Shown here: positions 25,435 through 36,122 of the stretch, piece by piece
Numbering within the stretch: position 1 is the stretch's first letter
Layout: every line of letters starts with the position of its first letter
Assembly: GCA_963740745.1 (NCBI GenBank)
Contig: CAVUFK010000009.1
Coordinates: 184,263 to 248,262, forward strand
Reading direction: 5' to 3'
Length of the DNA stretch: 64,000 bases
Source of the DNA: an uncultured Actinomycetota bacterium
Lineage (GTDB): Bacteria; Actinomycetota; Actinomycetes; Propionibacteriales; Nocardioidaceae
The notes under the pieces: generated by a model
What the model saw: the letters and a program-made list of their open reading frames with translations, nothing else
Databases searched by the model: none
Told to the model about the DNA's origin: nothing
Translations under genes and position numbers: made by a program

Positions 25435-26970
25435 GTGCCCGAGACGTCACCAGCCGCTGCCGTCGAGCCGCTCGCCGTGCGGTTGCGCGGCATCGGCAAG
25501 CGCTTCCCCGGTGTGATCGCCAACGACGACGTCAACATCGACGTCGCCCGCGGCACCATCCACGCCATCGTCGGGGAGAACGGCGCCGGCAAGTCGACGC
25601 TGATGAAGATCCTCTACGGGGTGCAGGCCCCGGACTCCGGCACGATCGAGATCGGCGGTCAGCAGCGCAAGCTCGGCTCGCCGGCGGACGCGATCAAGGC
25701 CGGCGTCGGCATGGTCTTCCAGCACTTCATGCTCGCCGACAACCTCACCGTCCTCGAGAACGTCGTGCTCGGCGCCGAGAAGCAGCACGGGATCGGCGCG
25801 AAGGCGCGCGCCGAGGTCGAGCGGATCTCCGCGGCCTACGGTCTCGGGGTCGCCCCCGACGAGCTCGTCGAGGACCTCGGCGTCGGGGCCCGCCAGCGCG
25901 TCGAGATCCTCAAGGTCCTCTACCGCGGGGCGCGCACGATCATCCTCGACGAGCCGACCGCGGTCCTGGTGCCGCAGGAGGTCGACGAGCTCTTCGACAA
26001 CCTGCGCGAGCTCAAGGGCGAGGGCCTCGCGGTCATCTTCATCTCCCACAAGCTCGACGAGGTGCTCGCCGTGGCCGACGAGATCACGGTGATCCGCCGC
26101 GGCTCGACGGTGCGCACCGTCACCCCGGAGGGCGTCACCAGTCGTGAGCTCGCCGAGCTGATGGTCGGCTCCGAGCTGCCCAGCCCCGCCAAGGACGACT
26201 CCGAGCCCTCGGTCCGCGTCCAGCTCGCGGTGCAGGACCTGACCCTCGCCACCCCCACCGGGCGCCGCCTGCTCGACGGCATCTCCTTCGAGATCCACCG
26301 CGGCGAGATCCTCGGCATCGCCGGCGTCGAGGGCAACGGTCAGGCCGAGCTGGTCGAGGCCATCATGGGCATGCGGCCCGGCTCGACCGGCGCGATCACG
26401 CTCAGCGACCAGGACCTGACCGCCATGTCGACGCTCGGGCGCCGCGAGGCCGGGATCGGCTACATCCCCGAGGACCGGCACCGCCACGGCCTGCTCCTGG
26501 ACTCCCCGCTGTGGGAGAACCGGGTGCTCGGCCACCAGTCGCGGCAGCCGACCAGCTCGGGCCGGATGATCCGCAAGGGTCCCGCCCGCGAGGACACCCG
26601 CCGCATCATCGCTGACTACGACGTGCGGACGCCGGGCACCGACGTGCCGGCCCGCGCCCTGTCGGGGGGCAACCAGCAGAAGCTGATCGTGGGCCGGGAG
26701 ATGAGCGGCGACCCGATCCTGCTGATCGCCTCGCACCCGACCCGCGGCGTCGACGTAGGCGCCCAGGCGGCCATCTGGGAGCACATCCGCGAGGCCCGCC
26801 GCGGAGGGTTGGCGGTGCTGCTGATCTCCGCCGACCTCGACGAGCTGATCGGGCTCTCCGACCGGATCGAGGTGATCCTGCGCGGTCGTCTCGTGGGCTC
26901 CTTCGACCCCGGTGACGTGACGCCGCAGCAGCTCGGCTCGGCGATGACCGGGGCGGGGGACGCCGCGTGA
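25435..26970 (+). CDS. Nucleoside ABC transporter ATP-binding protein (CUT2, two ABC domains)
   Basis: GENGAGKST, LDEPTAVL, GVEGNGQ, LSGGNQQK, PTRGVDVGA. Confidence 0.95.
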   Translation: MPETSPAAAVEPLAVRLRGIGKRFPGVIANDDVNIDVARGTIHAIVGENGAGKSTLMKILYGVQAPDSGTIEIGGQQRKLGSPADAIKAGVGMVFQHFMLADNLTVLENVVLGAEKQHGIGAKARAEVERISAAYGLGVAPDELVEDLGVGARQRVEILKVLYRGARTIILDEPTAVLVPQEVDELFDNLRELKGEGLAVIFISHKLDEVLAVADEITVIRRGSTVRTVTPEGVTSRELAELMVGSELPSPAKDDSEPSVRVQLAVQDLTLATPTGRRLLDGISFEIHRGEILGIAGVEGNGQAELVEAIMGMRPGSTGAITLSDQDLTAMSTLGRREAGIGYIPEDRHRHGLLLDSPLWENRVLGHQSRQPTSSGRMIRKGPAREDTRRIIADYDVRTPGTDVPARALSGGNQQKLIVGREMSGDPILLIASHPTRGVDVGAQAAIWEHIREARRGGLAVLLISADLDELIGLSDRIEVILRGRLVGSFDPGDVTPQQLGSAMTGAGDAA

Positions 26971-28094
26971 TGGGCCGCGTCGTCGGGGTCGGCCTCGGCC
27001 TGCTCGCCCCCGCGCTCGCGCTGGTCGCCGCGTTCGCGATCACCAGCCTGGTCCTGATCAGCGCCGGCGACCCCGTGGGCGACGTGTGGGGAGAGATCCT
27101 CCAGTGGCCCCAGCAGCGCAACCTGGCCAACATCGTCAACCAGGCCTGCGTGCTCTACCTCTCCGCGATCGCGGTGGCGATCGGGTTCCGGATGAACCTG
27201 TTCAACATCGGCGTCGACGGGCAGTACCGGATCGCGGCCTTCGTCGCCGCGGTCGTCGCCGGCGAGGCGTGGCTGCCGGGCTACCTCAACACGGTGCTGG
27301 CCATCGTGTGCGCCATGGCCGTCGGCGCGGCCTGGGCCGGGATCGCCGGGCTGCTGCGCGCCACGCGCGGGGTCAGCGAGGTGATCTCCACGATCATGCT
27401 GAACTTCATCTCCACCTCGGTCGTGGCCTACCTGCTGCGCAAGGCCGCCGTCCGCGAGGAGGGCAGCAACGCGCTCGGCACCAAGACGATCCCCGAGGGC
27501 GCCCGGATCCCCAACGTCGACATCGGCAACGGCGGCAGCGGCCCGTCCGGTGAGGTCTACGGCTTCCTCGTGATCGCGCTCGTCGTCGGTCTGGCCTACT
27601 GGTTCGTGCTCAACCGGACCCGCTTCGGCTTCGACCTGCGCGCGACCGGCCAGTCGACGACGGCCGCGGTGGCGAGCGGCATCAACGTCAAGGCGATGAT
27701 CGTCGTCGCGATGCTGCTCTCCGGGGCGATCGCCGGACTCGTCGGTCTGCCGATCCTCTTCGGGGAGGCCTACAGCTACGGCTCGACGTTCCAGTCGGGG
27801 CTCGGCTTCGCCGGGATCGCGATCGCGCTGCTCGGGCGCAACAACCCGATCGGGATCGCCCTGGGCGCGCTGCTGTTCGCGTTCCTGCAGGAGCAGTCCA
27901 ACCCGTTGCAGATCCTCGTCGGCGTCTCGCCCGAGATCGTCTCGATCACCCAGGGCGTGATCGTGCTGACCGTGGTCATCTCCTACGAGGTCGTGCGGCG
28001 CTACGGCGTACGCCTGGAGCAGACCCGGGTCGCGCGCGCCGAGGACAAGGCCGCGGCGAAGCGGTCCCGCGAGGACGAGGAGGTCAGCTCGTGA
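26970..28094 (+). CDS. Nucleoside ABC transporter permease
   Basis: FRMNLFNIGVDGQ, EVISTIMLN, GFAGIAIALLGRNNP. Confidence 0.94.
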   Translation: MGRVVGVGLGLLAPALALVAAFAITSLVLISAGDPVGDVWGEILQWPQQRNLANIVNQACVLYLSAIAVAIGFRMNLFNIGVDGQYRIAAFVAAVVAGEAWLPGYLNTVLAIVCAMAVGAAWAGIAGLLRATRGVSEVISTIMLNFISTSVVAYLLRKAAVREEGSNALGTKTIPEGARIPNVDIGNGGSGPSGEVYGFLVIALVVGLAYWFVLNRTRFGFDLRATGQSTTAAVASGINVKAMIVVAMLLSGAIAGLVGLPILFGEAYSYGSTFQSGLGFAGIAIALLGRNNPIGIALGALLFAFLQEQSNPLQILVGVSPEIVSITQGVIVLTVVISYEVVRRYGVRLEQTRVARAEDKAAAKRSREDEEVSS

Positions 28095-29386
28095 GCAGCA
28101 CCGAGCAGCAGACCGAGGCCGCCGAGCCGGCCCGCCCCGAGCCGTCCGGCAGGCCCGGGCGTACGGCTTCGCGGCGCCGGGTGCCGCGGGTCGCGGTCGT
28201 GGTGCTGGTCATCGTGGTCGCGCTCTGCGCGATGTCGGTGCTCGAGCTCCTCACCGGGGCCGACGACCTGACCTCGGCGGGCACCGTCGGCGCGACGCTC
28301 GTGGCGATGATGCCGATCATGCTCGCCGCGCTCGGTGGGCTGTGGTCGGAGCGCGCGGGCATCGTGAACATCGGGCTCGAGGGCATGATGATCCTGGGCA
28401 CGTTCGGTGCCGGGTTCTTCGGCTACCACTACGGCCCCTGGGTCGGCGTGCTCGGCGCGATCGCGATGGGGGTGGTCGGCGGCCTCGTGCACGCGGTCGC
28501 GACCGTCGTCTTCGGCATCGACCACATCATCTCGGGTGTCGCGATCAACATCATCGCGCTCGGCGCGGTGCAGTACCTCGCCGCGCTCGCCTTCTCCGGC
28601 GTGCCGGGCGGCGGGCCGACGCAGTCGCCCAAGATCGGTGACGTGCCGACGATCTCGTTCCCCGCGCTGTCCGACCGCCTGGGACAGATCGAGAACCAGG
28701 ACACCTTCTTCGTCTCCGAGGTCGCCGCGATCGCGCGCGCCCTGGTCACGAACCTCTCGGTGCTGACCCTGATCGCGCTCGCGCTGGTCGTGGTGTCCTC
28801 GCTGGTGCTGTGGCGCACGTCCTTCGGCCTGCGCCTGCGCTCGTGCGGCGAGAGCCCGGCGGCGGCGGAGTCGCTGGGCGTCAACGTGCTGCGCTACAAG
28901 TTCGTCGCCGTGCTGATCTCCGGAGGCTTCGCGGGCCTGGCCGGCGGGTTCCTGGCCATGGTCGCCTCGAGCAACTACCGCGAGGGCCAGACCGGCGGGC
29001 GCGGCTACATCGGCCTGGCCGCGATGATCTTCGGCAACTGGCGTCCCGGCGGGCTGCTGATGGGCTCGGGCCTGTTCGGCTACACCGAGACCCTCGGCCT
29101 GCGCCAGGGCGGCACCTCGGTGCACGCGCTGCTGCTCGCGATCTCGCTGCTCGCGATCGCCTTCGCGATCTGGCAGGTGCGCAAGGCGCGGTTCACCGCG
29201 GCCGTCGTGACCTTGGTGATCGGCCTCGCGGTCGGGGCGCTCTACCTCGCGATCGACCAGGTGCCGGGCGACTTCACCCGGATGACGCCCTACGTGATCA
29301 CGCTCCTCGTGCTCGCCTTCGCCAGCCAACGGCTGCGGATGCCCGCGGCCGACGGGCAGGTCTATCGCAGAGGGAGCGCGGGCTAG
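28091..29386 (+). CDS. Nucleoside ABC transporter permease
   Basis: SERAGIVNIGLEGMM, GLRLRSCGE.P.AA.SLGVNV, GRGYIGLAAMIFGNWRP. Confidence 0.94.
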   Translation: MSSTEQQTEAAEPARPEPSGRPGRTASRRRVPRVAVVVLVIVVALCAMSVLELLTGADDLTSAGTVGATLVAMMPIMLAALGGLWSERAGIVNIGLEGMMILGTFGAGFFGYHYGPWVGVLGAIAMGVVGGLVHAVATVVFGIDHIISGVAINIIALGAVQYLAALAFSGVPGGGPTQSPKIGDVPTISFPALSDRLGQIENQDTFFVSEVAAIARALVTNLSVLTLIALALVVVSSLVLWRTSFGLRLRSCGESPAAAESLGVNVLRYKFVAVLISGGFAGLAGGFLAMVASSNYREGQTGGRGYIGLAAMIFGNWRPGGLLMGSGLFGYTETLGLRQGGTSVHALLLAISLLAIAFAIWQVRKARFTAAVVTLVIGLAVGALYLAIDQVPGDFTRMTPYVITLLVLAFASQRLRMPAADGQVYRRGSAG

Positions 29387-29406
29387 TGGGCGAGCAGGCC
29401 GAGCCG

Positions 29407-29793
29407 ATGGCCTTCGACTGGGAAGCGCTGCGCGCCGAGGCGGCCGCCGCGATGGAGCACGCCTACGCGCCGTACTCGGGCTACCAGGTCGGCGCCGCGG
29501 CGCTGGCCGAGGACGGCCGGGTCGTGACCGGCTGCAACGTCGAGAACGCGGCGTACGGCGTCGCGCTGTGCGCGGAGTGCGGGCTGGTCAGCCAGCTGCA
29601 CCTCACCGGCGGCGGTCGGCTGACGCACTTCGTGTGCGTCGACCGTGGCGGCGCGGTGATCATGCCGTGCGGGCGCTGTCGCCAGCTGCTCTCCGAGAAC
29701 GGTGGCCCGGCGCTGCTGCTCCAGACGGTCTCCGGCGTCCGCCGGATGGACGAGGTGCTGCCGGATGCGTTCGGTCCCGACGACCTCGGTTGA
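29407..29793 (+). CDS. cdd: Cytidine deaminase
   Basis: AYAPYS.Y.VGAA, GCNVENAAYG..LCAE, PCGRCRQ. Confidence 0.96.
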   Translation: MAFDWEALRAEAAAAMEHAYAPYSGYQVGAAALAEDGRVVTGCNVENAAYGVALCAECGLVSQLHLTGGGRLTHFVCVDRGGAVIMPCGRCRQLLSENGGPALLLQTVSGVRRMDEVLPDAFGPDDLG

Positions 29794-30952
29794 CCTCGGG
29801 GCGGCCGACTTCGTCGCCGACCCCTACCCGGTGCTGGCCGCCGAGCGTGCCGCGCACCCCGTGGCGTGGCACGGGCCGACCGGTCGGTGGCTGGTGCTCG
29901 ACCACGCGGGAGTCTCGCGGCTGCTGCGCGACCGGCGGCTGGGCCGGGTCTGGCGCGACCGGGAGCCGGCCGACAAGCTGGCGCCGTTCAACGCCCTGCA
30001 CCGCCACCAGATGATGGAGAACGAGCCGCCCGAGCACACCCGGCTGCGCCGACCGGTGGCCTCCGCGTTCAACCGGGGCCACGTGGAGCGGTTGCGGCCG
30101 CGGGTGCGCGAGCTGGCGACCGGCCTGCTCGACGAGGTCGACCGCGGTCGTTCGGGCGCCTTCGACGTCGTGGGTGCCTACGCCGAGCCGCTGCCGGTGC
30201 TCGTGATCGCCGAGCTGCTGGGGGTGCCGACGAGCGAGGCCGACTCGCTGCGGGCGTGGTCGCAGGCCATCGTGCGGATGTACGAGCACGAACCGCCACC
30301 GACGGTCGTCGAGGCCGCGGTCTCCGCCGCCGCGGACTTCGCCGACCTGCTGCGCGACCTGAGCGCCGTACGGCGTGCCCGCCCGGCCGACGACCTGCTC
30401 AGCGACCTCGCCGCGACCGAGCTCTCCGACGACGAGGTCGTGGCCTCGGCGGTGCTGCTGCTCAACGCCGGCCACGAGGCCTCGGTCAACGTCTTCGGCA
30501 ACGGCCTGGTCGGGCTGCTGCGGGGGCCGGGGGCGGCGGCCGTCGACGACCCGGCGACCGCGGTCGAGGAGATGCTGCGCTTCGACTCCGCCCTGCAGCT
30601 CTTCGAGCGGACCGCGACCGAGGACGTCGAGCTCGGCCCGGGACCCGACGGCGAGCCCCTGGTGGCCGCGACGGGCGAGACGGTCGCGCTGCTGCTGGGG
30701 GCCGCGAACCGGGACCCGTCGGCCTTCGGGGCACCGGACGTGATGGACCCCGCCCGCGACCCCAACCCGCACGTCGCCTTCGGCGCCGGGGTCCACTTCT
30801 GCCTCGGCTCGCCCCTGGCGCGGATGGAGCTCGCCGAGTCGCTGGGCCTGCTGCTGGACCGGCTTCCCGGGCTCGAGCTGGCCGGTGAGCCGGTCTCGCG
30901 CGGCACCTTCGTGCTGCGCGGCTACGACCGGGTCGACGTCCGAGCCGGCTGA
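29765..30952 (+). CDS. Cytochrome P450 (CYP107P-like)
   Basis: [15 protein letters not shown]-helix NAGHEAS, EEMLR, ANRDP, heme motif [10 protein letters not shown]; GAGGTG SD before ATG 29765, which overlaps cdd. Confidence 0.93.
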   Translation: MRSVPTTSVDLGAADFVADPYPVLAAERAAHPVAWHGPTGRWLVLDHAGVSRLLRDRRLGRVWRDREPADKLAPFNALHRHQMMENEPPEHTRLRRPVASAFNRGHVERLRPRVRELATGLLDEVDRGRSGAFDVVGAYAEPLPVLVIAELLGVPTSEADSLRAWSQAIVRMYEHEPPPTVVEAAVSAAADFADLLRDLSAVRRARPADDLLSDLAATELSDDEVVASAVLLLNAGHEASVNVFGNGLVGLLRGPGAAAVDDPATAVEEMLRFDSALQLFERTATEDVELGPGPDGEPLVAATGETVALLLGAANRDPSAFGAPDVMDPARDPNPHVAFGAGVHFCLGSPLARMELAESLGLLLDRLPGLELAGEPVSRGTFVLRGYDRVDVRAG

Positions 30953-30987
30953 GCCGACGACCGCTGGCGCCCGGTACCGTCCGGCCC

Positions 30988-32274
30988 ATGAGCCAGCACG
31001 ACGCCGTCGAGGTGATCATCGCCAAGCGCGAGGGCCGGACCCTGAGCGAGAGCCAGATCGACTGGGTCATCGACGCCTACACCCGCGGCGACGTGGCCGA
31101 CGAGCAGATGGCGGCGCTGGCCATGGCGATCCTGCTCAACGGCATGGAGCCGGCCGAGATCGCCCGCTGGACCCACGCGATGATCGCCTCGGGGGAGCGG
31201 ATGGACTTCTCCGGGCTGTCGCGCCCGACCGCGGACAAGCACTCGACCGGCGGGGTCGGCGACAAGATCACCCTGCCGCTGGCGCCCCTCGTGGCGGCCT
31301 GCGGCGTGGCGGTGCCGCAGCTCTCCGGGCGCGGCCTGGGCCACACGGGCGGCACCCTCGACAAGCTCGAGGCGATCCCGGGCTGGCGGGCCGCACTGTC
31401 CACCGAGGAGATGATGCGCCAGCTCGAGGACGTCGGCGCGGTGATCTGCGCCGCCGGTGACGGTCTGGCCCCGGCCGACAAGAAGCTCTACGCGCTGCGC
31501 GACGTCACCGGCACCGTCGAGGCGATCCCGCTGATCGCGTCGTCGATCATGAGCAAGAAGATCGCCGAGGGCACCGGCGCCCTGGTCCTCGACGTCAAGG
31601 TCGGCAGCGGCGCGTTCATGAAGGACGCCGAGCGCGCCCGCGAGCTCGCCGAGACGATGGTGGGCCTGGGCCGCGAGGCCGGGACCACCACGGCGGCCCT
31701 GCTCACCGACATGGCCACCCCGCTCGGGCTCACCGCCGGCAACGCGATCGAGGTCGAGGAGTCGGTCGAGGTCCTCGCCGGCGGCGGCCCCGCCGACGTG
31801 GTCGAGCTGACCCTCGCCCTGGCCCGGGAGATGCTCGCCGGCGCCGGTCGCGACGACGTGGATCCCGCCGACCGGCTCGCCGACGGCTCGGCGATGGACA
31901 CCTGGAAGGCCATGATCCGCGCCCAGGACGGCGATCCCGACGCGACGCTGCCCACCGCGCGCGAGAGCCACGTCGTGACCGCCCCCCGGTCGGGGGTGCT
32001 GGCCCGCCTCGACGCGCTCGACGTCGGCATGGCGGCGTGGCGCCTCGGCGCGGGCCGGGCCCGCAAGGAGGACCCCGTGCAGGCCGGCGCCGGGGTGCGC
32101 TGGCACGCCCGGCCCGGCGACGAGGTCCGTGAGGGCGAGCCGCTGCTCACCCTGCTCACCGACGAGCCGGCCCGTTTCGAGCGCGCCCTGGCCTCGCTCG
32201 AGGGTGCCTACGAGATCGAGGACGCCGGGTCGGCGTACGTCCCGCGGCCGCTGGTCCTCGACCGGATCGGCTGA
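30988..32274 (+). CDS. deoA: Thymidine/pyrimidine-nucleoside phosphorylase
   Basis: DKHSTGGVGDK, SGRGLGHTGGTLDKLE, SIMSKKIAEG, LDVKVGSGAFMK. Confidence 0.97.
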   Translation: MSQHDAVEVIIAKREGRTLSESQIDWVIDAYTRGDVADEQMAALAMAILLNGMEPAEIARWTHAMIASGERMDFSGLSRPTADKHSTGGVGDKITLPLAPLVAACGVAVPQLSGRGLGHTGGTLDKLEAIPGWRAALSTEEMMRQLEDVGAVICAAGDGLAPADKKLYALRDVTGTVEAIPLIASSIMSKKIAEGTGALVLDVKVGSGAFMKDAERARELAETMVGLGREAGTTTAALLTDMATPLGLTAGNAIEVEESVEVLAGGGPADVVELTLALAREMLAGAGRDDVDPADRLADGSAMDTWKAMIRAQDGDPDATLPTARESHVVTAPRSGVLARLDALDVGMAAWRLGAGRARKEDPVQAGAGVRWHARPGDEVREGEPLLTLLTDEPARFERALASLEGAYEIEDAGSAYVPRPLVLDRIG

Positions 32275-32361
32275 CCCCGGCCGGGCGAGTCGTGTGCCTC
32301 CCCACGGTCCGAGGGGCGCCCTCAGGCACACGACCCGGCCGTCCTGGCCGGTCAGGAGGTC

Positions 32362-32670
32362 TCAGACGAAGCTCTGCACCTCGCCGGTCAGCATCGTCGC
32401 CCCGCCGGAGGCGAAGTTGTCGACGTCCGCGACGGCGGCCTTGCCCTCCTCGCTGCCCATCCCCGCCTGGAAGGACTCGAGGTCGTCGAAGACGAGGACC
32501 GCCACGAGGTGCACGTCGGAGCCGTCGGGCAGCGTGGTGGGGCTGCTGGTCGTGTAGGAGCGCAACCCGGGGATCGTGGAGGCCAGGGGGGCGTGGGTCT
32601 CGGCGTAGTGGCTGTCGAACGCCTCGACGTCGGTGGGCCGGTGGTAGAGCACGGTCAGCTGGTAGGTCAT
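32362..32670 (-). CDS. EthD family protein
   Basis: VLYHRP.D.EAFD.HY.ETH.PL...PGL...F.D......S.EG....DV.NF; AGGAAAG SD. Confidence 0.88.
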   Translation of the reverse strand: MTYQLTVLYHRPTDVEAFDSHYAETHAPLASTIPGLRSYTTSSPTTLPDGSDVHLVAVLVFDDLESFQAGMGSEEGKAAVADVDNFASGGATMLTGEVQSFV

Positions 32671-32763
32671 GGGCCCGACTTTCCTCCTTCGGCGGGGCTT
32701 TGCCTACCCCTCGGCCGACGGGCCCCGGGGAATGCCGGCCCCGCTGCGCGCGGTTGACCGACC

Positions 32764-33696
32764 ATGGCCCAGCAGTGGATCGCGACCCGTCCCGGCGACC
32801 TCGACGTCCTCGAGCTGCAGGAGGTCGCCGTGCCGGCCCCGCAGCCCGGTGAGGTGACGATCCGCGTCCGGGCGGCCGGGCTGAACCCGGCCGACTTCAA
32901 GCACGTCGCGCGTGGCGAGGAGAAGGACTTCCCGCGCCCCGTCGGCTACGAGGTCGCCGGTGAGATCGCGGCGATCGGCGACGACACCGAGATCGCCTCG
33001 GGCGCGGGAGCGGTCGGCGACGCCGTGCTCGCCTTCCGGGTCTCGGGCGGGTACGCCAGCGAGCTCACCGTGCCCGCGAAGGACGTCTACGCCAAGCCCG
33101 ACTCGCTCGGCTGGGAGGAGGCGGCCAACCTGCTGCTCGCCGGCACCACTGCCGCCGAGATGCTGCACGTCACCAGCGCCGCCCGCGGTGAGACGGTCCT
33201 GGTCCACGGCGCCTCGGGTGCCGTCGGCGTCAGCGTGCTCCAGCAGGCCGCCCGCCTCGGCGTGCGCGCGATCGGCACGGCGAGCGAGGCCAACCACGAC
33301 GTCGTACGCCGCTTCGGCGGCGTGCCGGTCGGCTACGGCGACGGACTGGCCGAGCGGGTCCGCGAGCTCGCCCCCGAGGGGATCGCCGCGTCCCTCGACT
33401 GCGTCGGCACCGACGAGGCCGTCGACGTCTCGCTGGACCTGGTCGGTGACCGCGACCGGATCGTGACGATCGCGGCCCCCCAGCGGGCGGAGTCCGACGG
33501 GATCCGGGCGATCGCGGGCGTGATCCCCGCCAGCCAGGCCTACCGCGACTCGATCCGCGGCGACCTGGTCCGCCTGGCCGGTGAGGGGGCGCTCGTGGTC
33601 CCGCTGGCCGGTAGCTACCCGCTCGCCGACGCGGTCTCGGCGCTCGAGGTGCTCCAGGGCCAGCACCCCGGAGGCAAGCTCAGCCTGCTGCCCTGA
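32764..33696 (+). CDS. NADP-dependent quinone oxidoreductase (MDR family)
   Basis: AAGLNPAD, GYEVAG, VLVHGASGAVG, GKLSL. Confidence 0.9.
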   Translation: MAQQWIATRPGDLDVLELQEVAVPAPQPGEVTIRVRAAGLNPADFKHVARGEEKDFPRPVGYEVAGEIAAIGDDTEIASGAGAVGDAVLAFRVSGGYASELTVPAKDVYAKPDSLGWEEAANLLLAGTTAAEMLHVTSAARGETVLVHGASGAVGVSVLQQAARLGVRAIGTASEANHDVVRRFGGVPVGYGDGLAERVRELAPEGIAASLDCVGTDEAVDVSLDLVGDRDRIVTIAAPQRAESDGIRAIAGVIPASQAYRDSIRGDLVRLAGEGALVVPLAGSYPLADAVSALEVLQGQHPGGKLSLLP

Positions 33697-33715
33697 AGGC
33701 CCGGGCCCGGAGGGC

Positions 33716-34171
33716 TCAGCCCTCGAGCAGCAGCACGACCGACTCGGCCACGCAGGCAGGCTTCTCCTCGCCCTCGATCTCGATCGTGGTCCTCACCGTC
33801 ACCTGCTTGCCCTTCGGCAGGTCGGTGACCTCACCGAGCGAGGAGTGGGCGCGAATCTTCTTGCCCACCCGGACCGGGTTGGGGAAGCGGACCTTGTTGA
33901 CGCCGTAGTTGAGCTTGGCGCCGGGGGTCTCGAAGGAGAAGATCTGGCTGCCGAGCGCGGGCAGCAGCGACAGCGTCAGGTAGCCGTGGGCGATGGTCCC
34001 GCCGAAGGGACCGTCGGCCGCGCGCTCGGCGTCGACGTGGATCCACTGGTGGTCGCCGGTGGCGTCGGCGAACTGGTCGACGCGGTCCTGCTCGATCGCC
34101 ACCCAGTCGCTGGAGCCGAGCTCCTCGCCGGCTGCTGCGGAAACCTCGTCGAACGACGTGAACGTGCGCAT
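33716..34171 (-). CDS. MaoC family dehydratase
   Basis: [35 protein letters not shown]. Confidence 0.93.
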   Translation of the reverse strand: MRTFTSFDEVSAAAGEELGSSDWVAIEQDRVDQFADATGDHQWIHVDAERAADGPFGGTIAHGYLTLSLLPALGSQIFSFETPGAKLNYGVNKVRFPNPVRVGKKIRAHSSLGEVTDLPKGKQVTVRTTIEIEGEEKPACVAESVVLLLEG

Positions 34172-34226
34172 TGTCAGTTCCTCCCCGGCGGCCGACCGGG
34201 CACGGGCCCGGTGGTTGGATTGGGGT

Positions 34227-35363
34227 GTGACCGCCCTCTCCTCCGAACCTATCGCCACCACCACCGAGCAGGTCCACCCCACGGCGGAGCAGGTCCGGCG
34301 CGCACCGAAGGTGCTGCTCCACGACCACCTCGACGGCGGTCTGCGGCCGGCGACGGTCGCCGAGCTGGCCGCCGAGATCGGGCACGACCTCCCGGTGCCC
34401 GACGCGACCGGCGACCCCGAGAGCCTGGGCCGGTGGTTCCGCGAGTCGGCCGACTCGGGCTCGCTCGTGCGCTACCTGGAGACCTTCGACCACACGGTCG
34501 CCGTCATGCAGCGCGCCGACGCGATCACCCGGGTGGCCCGTGAGTGCGTGGAGGACCTCGCGGCCGACGGGGTCGTCTACGCCGAGGTCCGCTACGCCCC
34601 CGAGCAGCACGTCGGCCAGGACCTGACCCTGCCCGAGATCGTCGCCGCGGTGCGCGACGGCTTCGAGGAAGGCATGGCCGACGCGCAGCAGGCGGGCCGC
34701 CCGATCGTCGTGCGCCAGCTGCTCACGGCCATGCGCCACCAGGCCCGCTCCCGCGAGATCGCCGAGCTCGCCGTGGCCCACCGCGACCACGGCGTGGCCG
34801 GCTTCGACATCGCCGGCGCCGAGGCCGGCTTCCCCCCGACCCGCCACCTCGACGCCTTCGAGTACCTCCAGCGCGAGAACGGCCACTTCACCATCCACGC
34901 CGGGGAGGCCTTCGGGCTGCCGTCGATCTGGGAGGCGATCCAGTGGTGCGGCGCAGACCGGCTCGGTCACGGCGTGCGGATCATCGACGACATCACGACC
35001 GCGGTCGACGGCACCGCCGAGCTGGGCCGGCTGGCGGCGTACGTGCGCGACACCCGGATCCCGCTCGAGCTCTGCCCGGCCTCCAACGTGCAGACCGGTG
35101 CGGCAGCCTCGATCGCCGAGCACCCCATCGGCCTGCTCGCCGACCTGAAGTTCCGGGTCACGGTCAACACCGACAACCGGCTGATGAGCGGCACCTCGAT
35201 GAGTGCCGAGATGCTCGCCCTCGTCGAGGCCTTCGGCTGGGGCCTGCCCGACCTGCGCTGGGTCACCATCAACGCGATGAAGTCGGCCTTCTGGGCCTTC
35301 GACGACCGCCTCGCGCTGATCGACGACGTGATCAAGCCCGGCTACGCCGCCCTCGGCTGCTGA
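34227..35363 (+). CDS. add: Adenosine deaminase
   Basis: [41 protein letters not shown]. Confidence 0.95.
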   Translation: MTALSSEPIATTTEQVHPTAEQVRRAPKVLLHDHLDGGLRPATVAELAAEIGHDLPVPDATGDPESLGRWFRESADSGSLVRYLETFDHTVAVMQRADAITRVARECVEDLAADGVVYAEVRYAPEQHVGQDLTLPEIVAAVRDGFEEGMADAQQAGRPIVVRQLLTAMRHQARSREIAELAVAHRDHGVAGFDIAGAEAGFPPTRHLDAFEYLQRENGHFTIHAGEAFGLPSIWEAIQWCGADRLGHGVRIIDDITTAVDGTAELGRLAAYVRDTRIPLELCPASNVQTGAAASIAEHPIGLLADLKFRVTVNTDNRLMSGTSMSAEMLALVEAFGWGLPDLRWVTINAMKSAFWAFDDRLALIDDVIKPGYAALGC

Positions 35364-35392
35364 TCGCGACCAGGTCGCGACGAGGCGGGCAC

Positions 35393-36112
35393 GTGAGCTA
35401 CGTCGAGCGCCGGGTCGCCGCGGGGGTGGACCTGTGGCGCAGCTCGCTGCCGGGGCCCACGCGGCAGCGGATCCTGCCCGACGCCTGCCTCGACCTGATC
35501 GTCGTCGACCGCGACCGGGCGTTCGTGGCCGGTCCCGACAGCGTCGCGCGGCTCCACGTCACCGAGGCGTCCCACGACTACGTCGCGGTGCGGCTGCACG
35601 ACGGGCGGGGCCCGGCGCTCCTCGGGGTGCCGGCCGACGAGCTGCGCGACTCCTCGGTCGACCTCGCCGACCTCTGGGGCACCGCCCGGGCCCGGGGTCT
35701 GGTCGAGCTCGCGGCGAGGGCACCGACGGCCCTGGCGAGTCTCGCCGTCCGGGCCGAGGCGGACCCGCTGGGTGCGCGCCTGGTCGGGCTGCTCGAGGCC
35801 GGCTGCGACGTCGCGGGCGCGGCGTACCGGCTCGGCCTCAGTCCGCGCCAGCTCCAGCGCCGCACGCGGACGACCTTCGGCTACGGCCCGCAGCACCTCG
35901 CCCGCGTGCTGCGCCTCCAGCGGGTCGTCGCGGCGGCCGACCGCGGCACGCCGTGGACGAGGGTGGCCGCCGAGGCCGGGTGCGCCGACCAGGCCCACCT
36001 GAGCCGCGAGGTCCGCGCCCTGGCGGGCGTGACCCCCGGAGCACTGCGCCGCGAGCGCATGCCCGCCGACGTGTCCGATCCGTCCAAGACACCGGTCGGT
36101 GCCCGCGCCTAG
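35393..36112 (+). CDS. AraC family regulator (DUF6597-HTH type)
   Basis: RILPDACLDLI...AGPD; LSPRQLQRR...FGYGP..LARVLR; ADQAHLSREVR.LAG. Confidence 0.9.
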   Translation: MSYVERRVAAGVDLWRSSLPGPTRQRILPDACLDLIVVDRDRAFVAGPDSVARLHVTEASHDYVAVRLHDGRGPALLGVPADELRDSSVDLADLWGTARARGLVELAARAPTALASLAVRAEADPLGARLVGLLEAGCDVAGAAYRLGLSPRQLQRRTRTTFGYGPQHLARVLRLQRVVAAADRGTPWTRVAAEAGCADQAHLSREVRALAGVTPGALRRERMPADVSDPSKTPVGARA

Positions 36113-36122
36113 GTTCGTGGTC

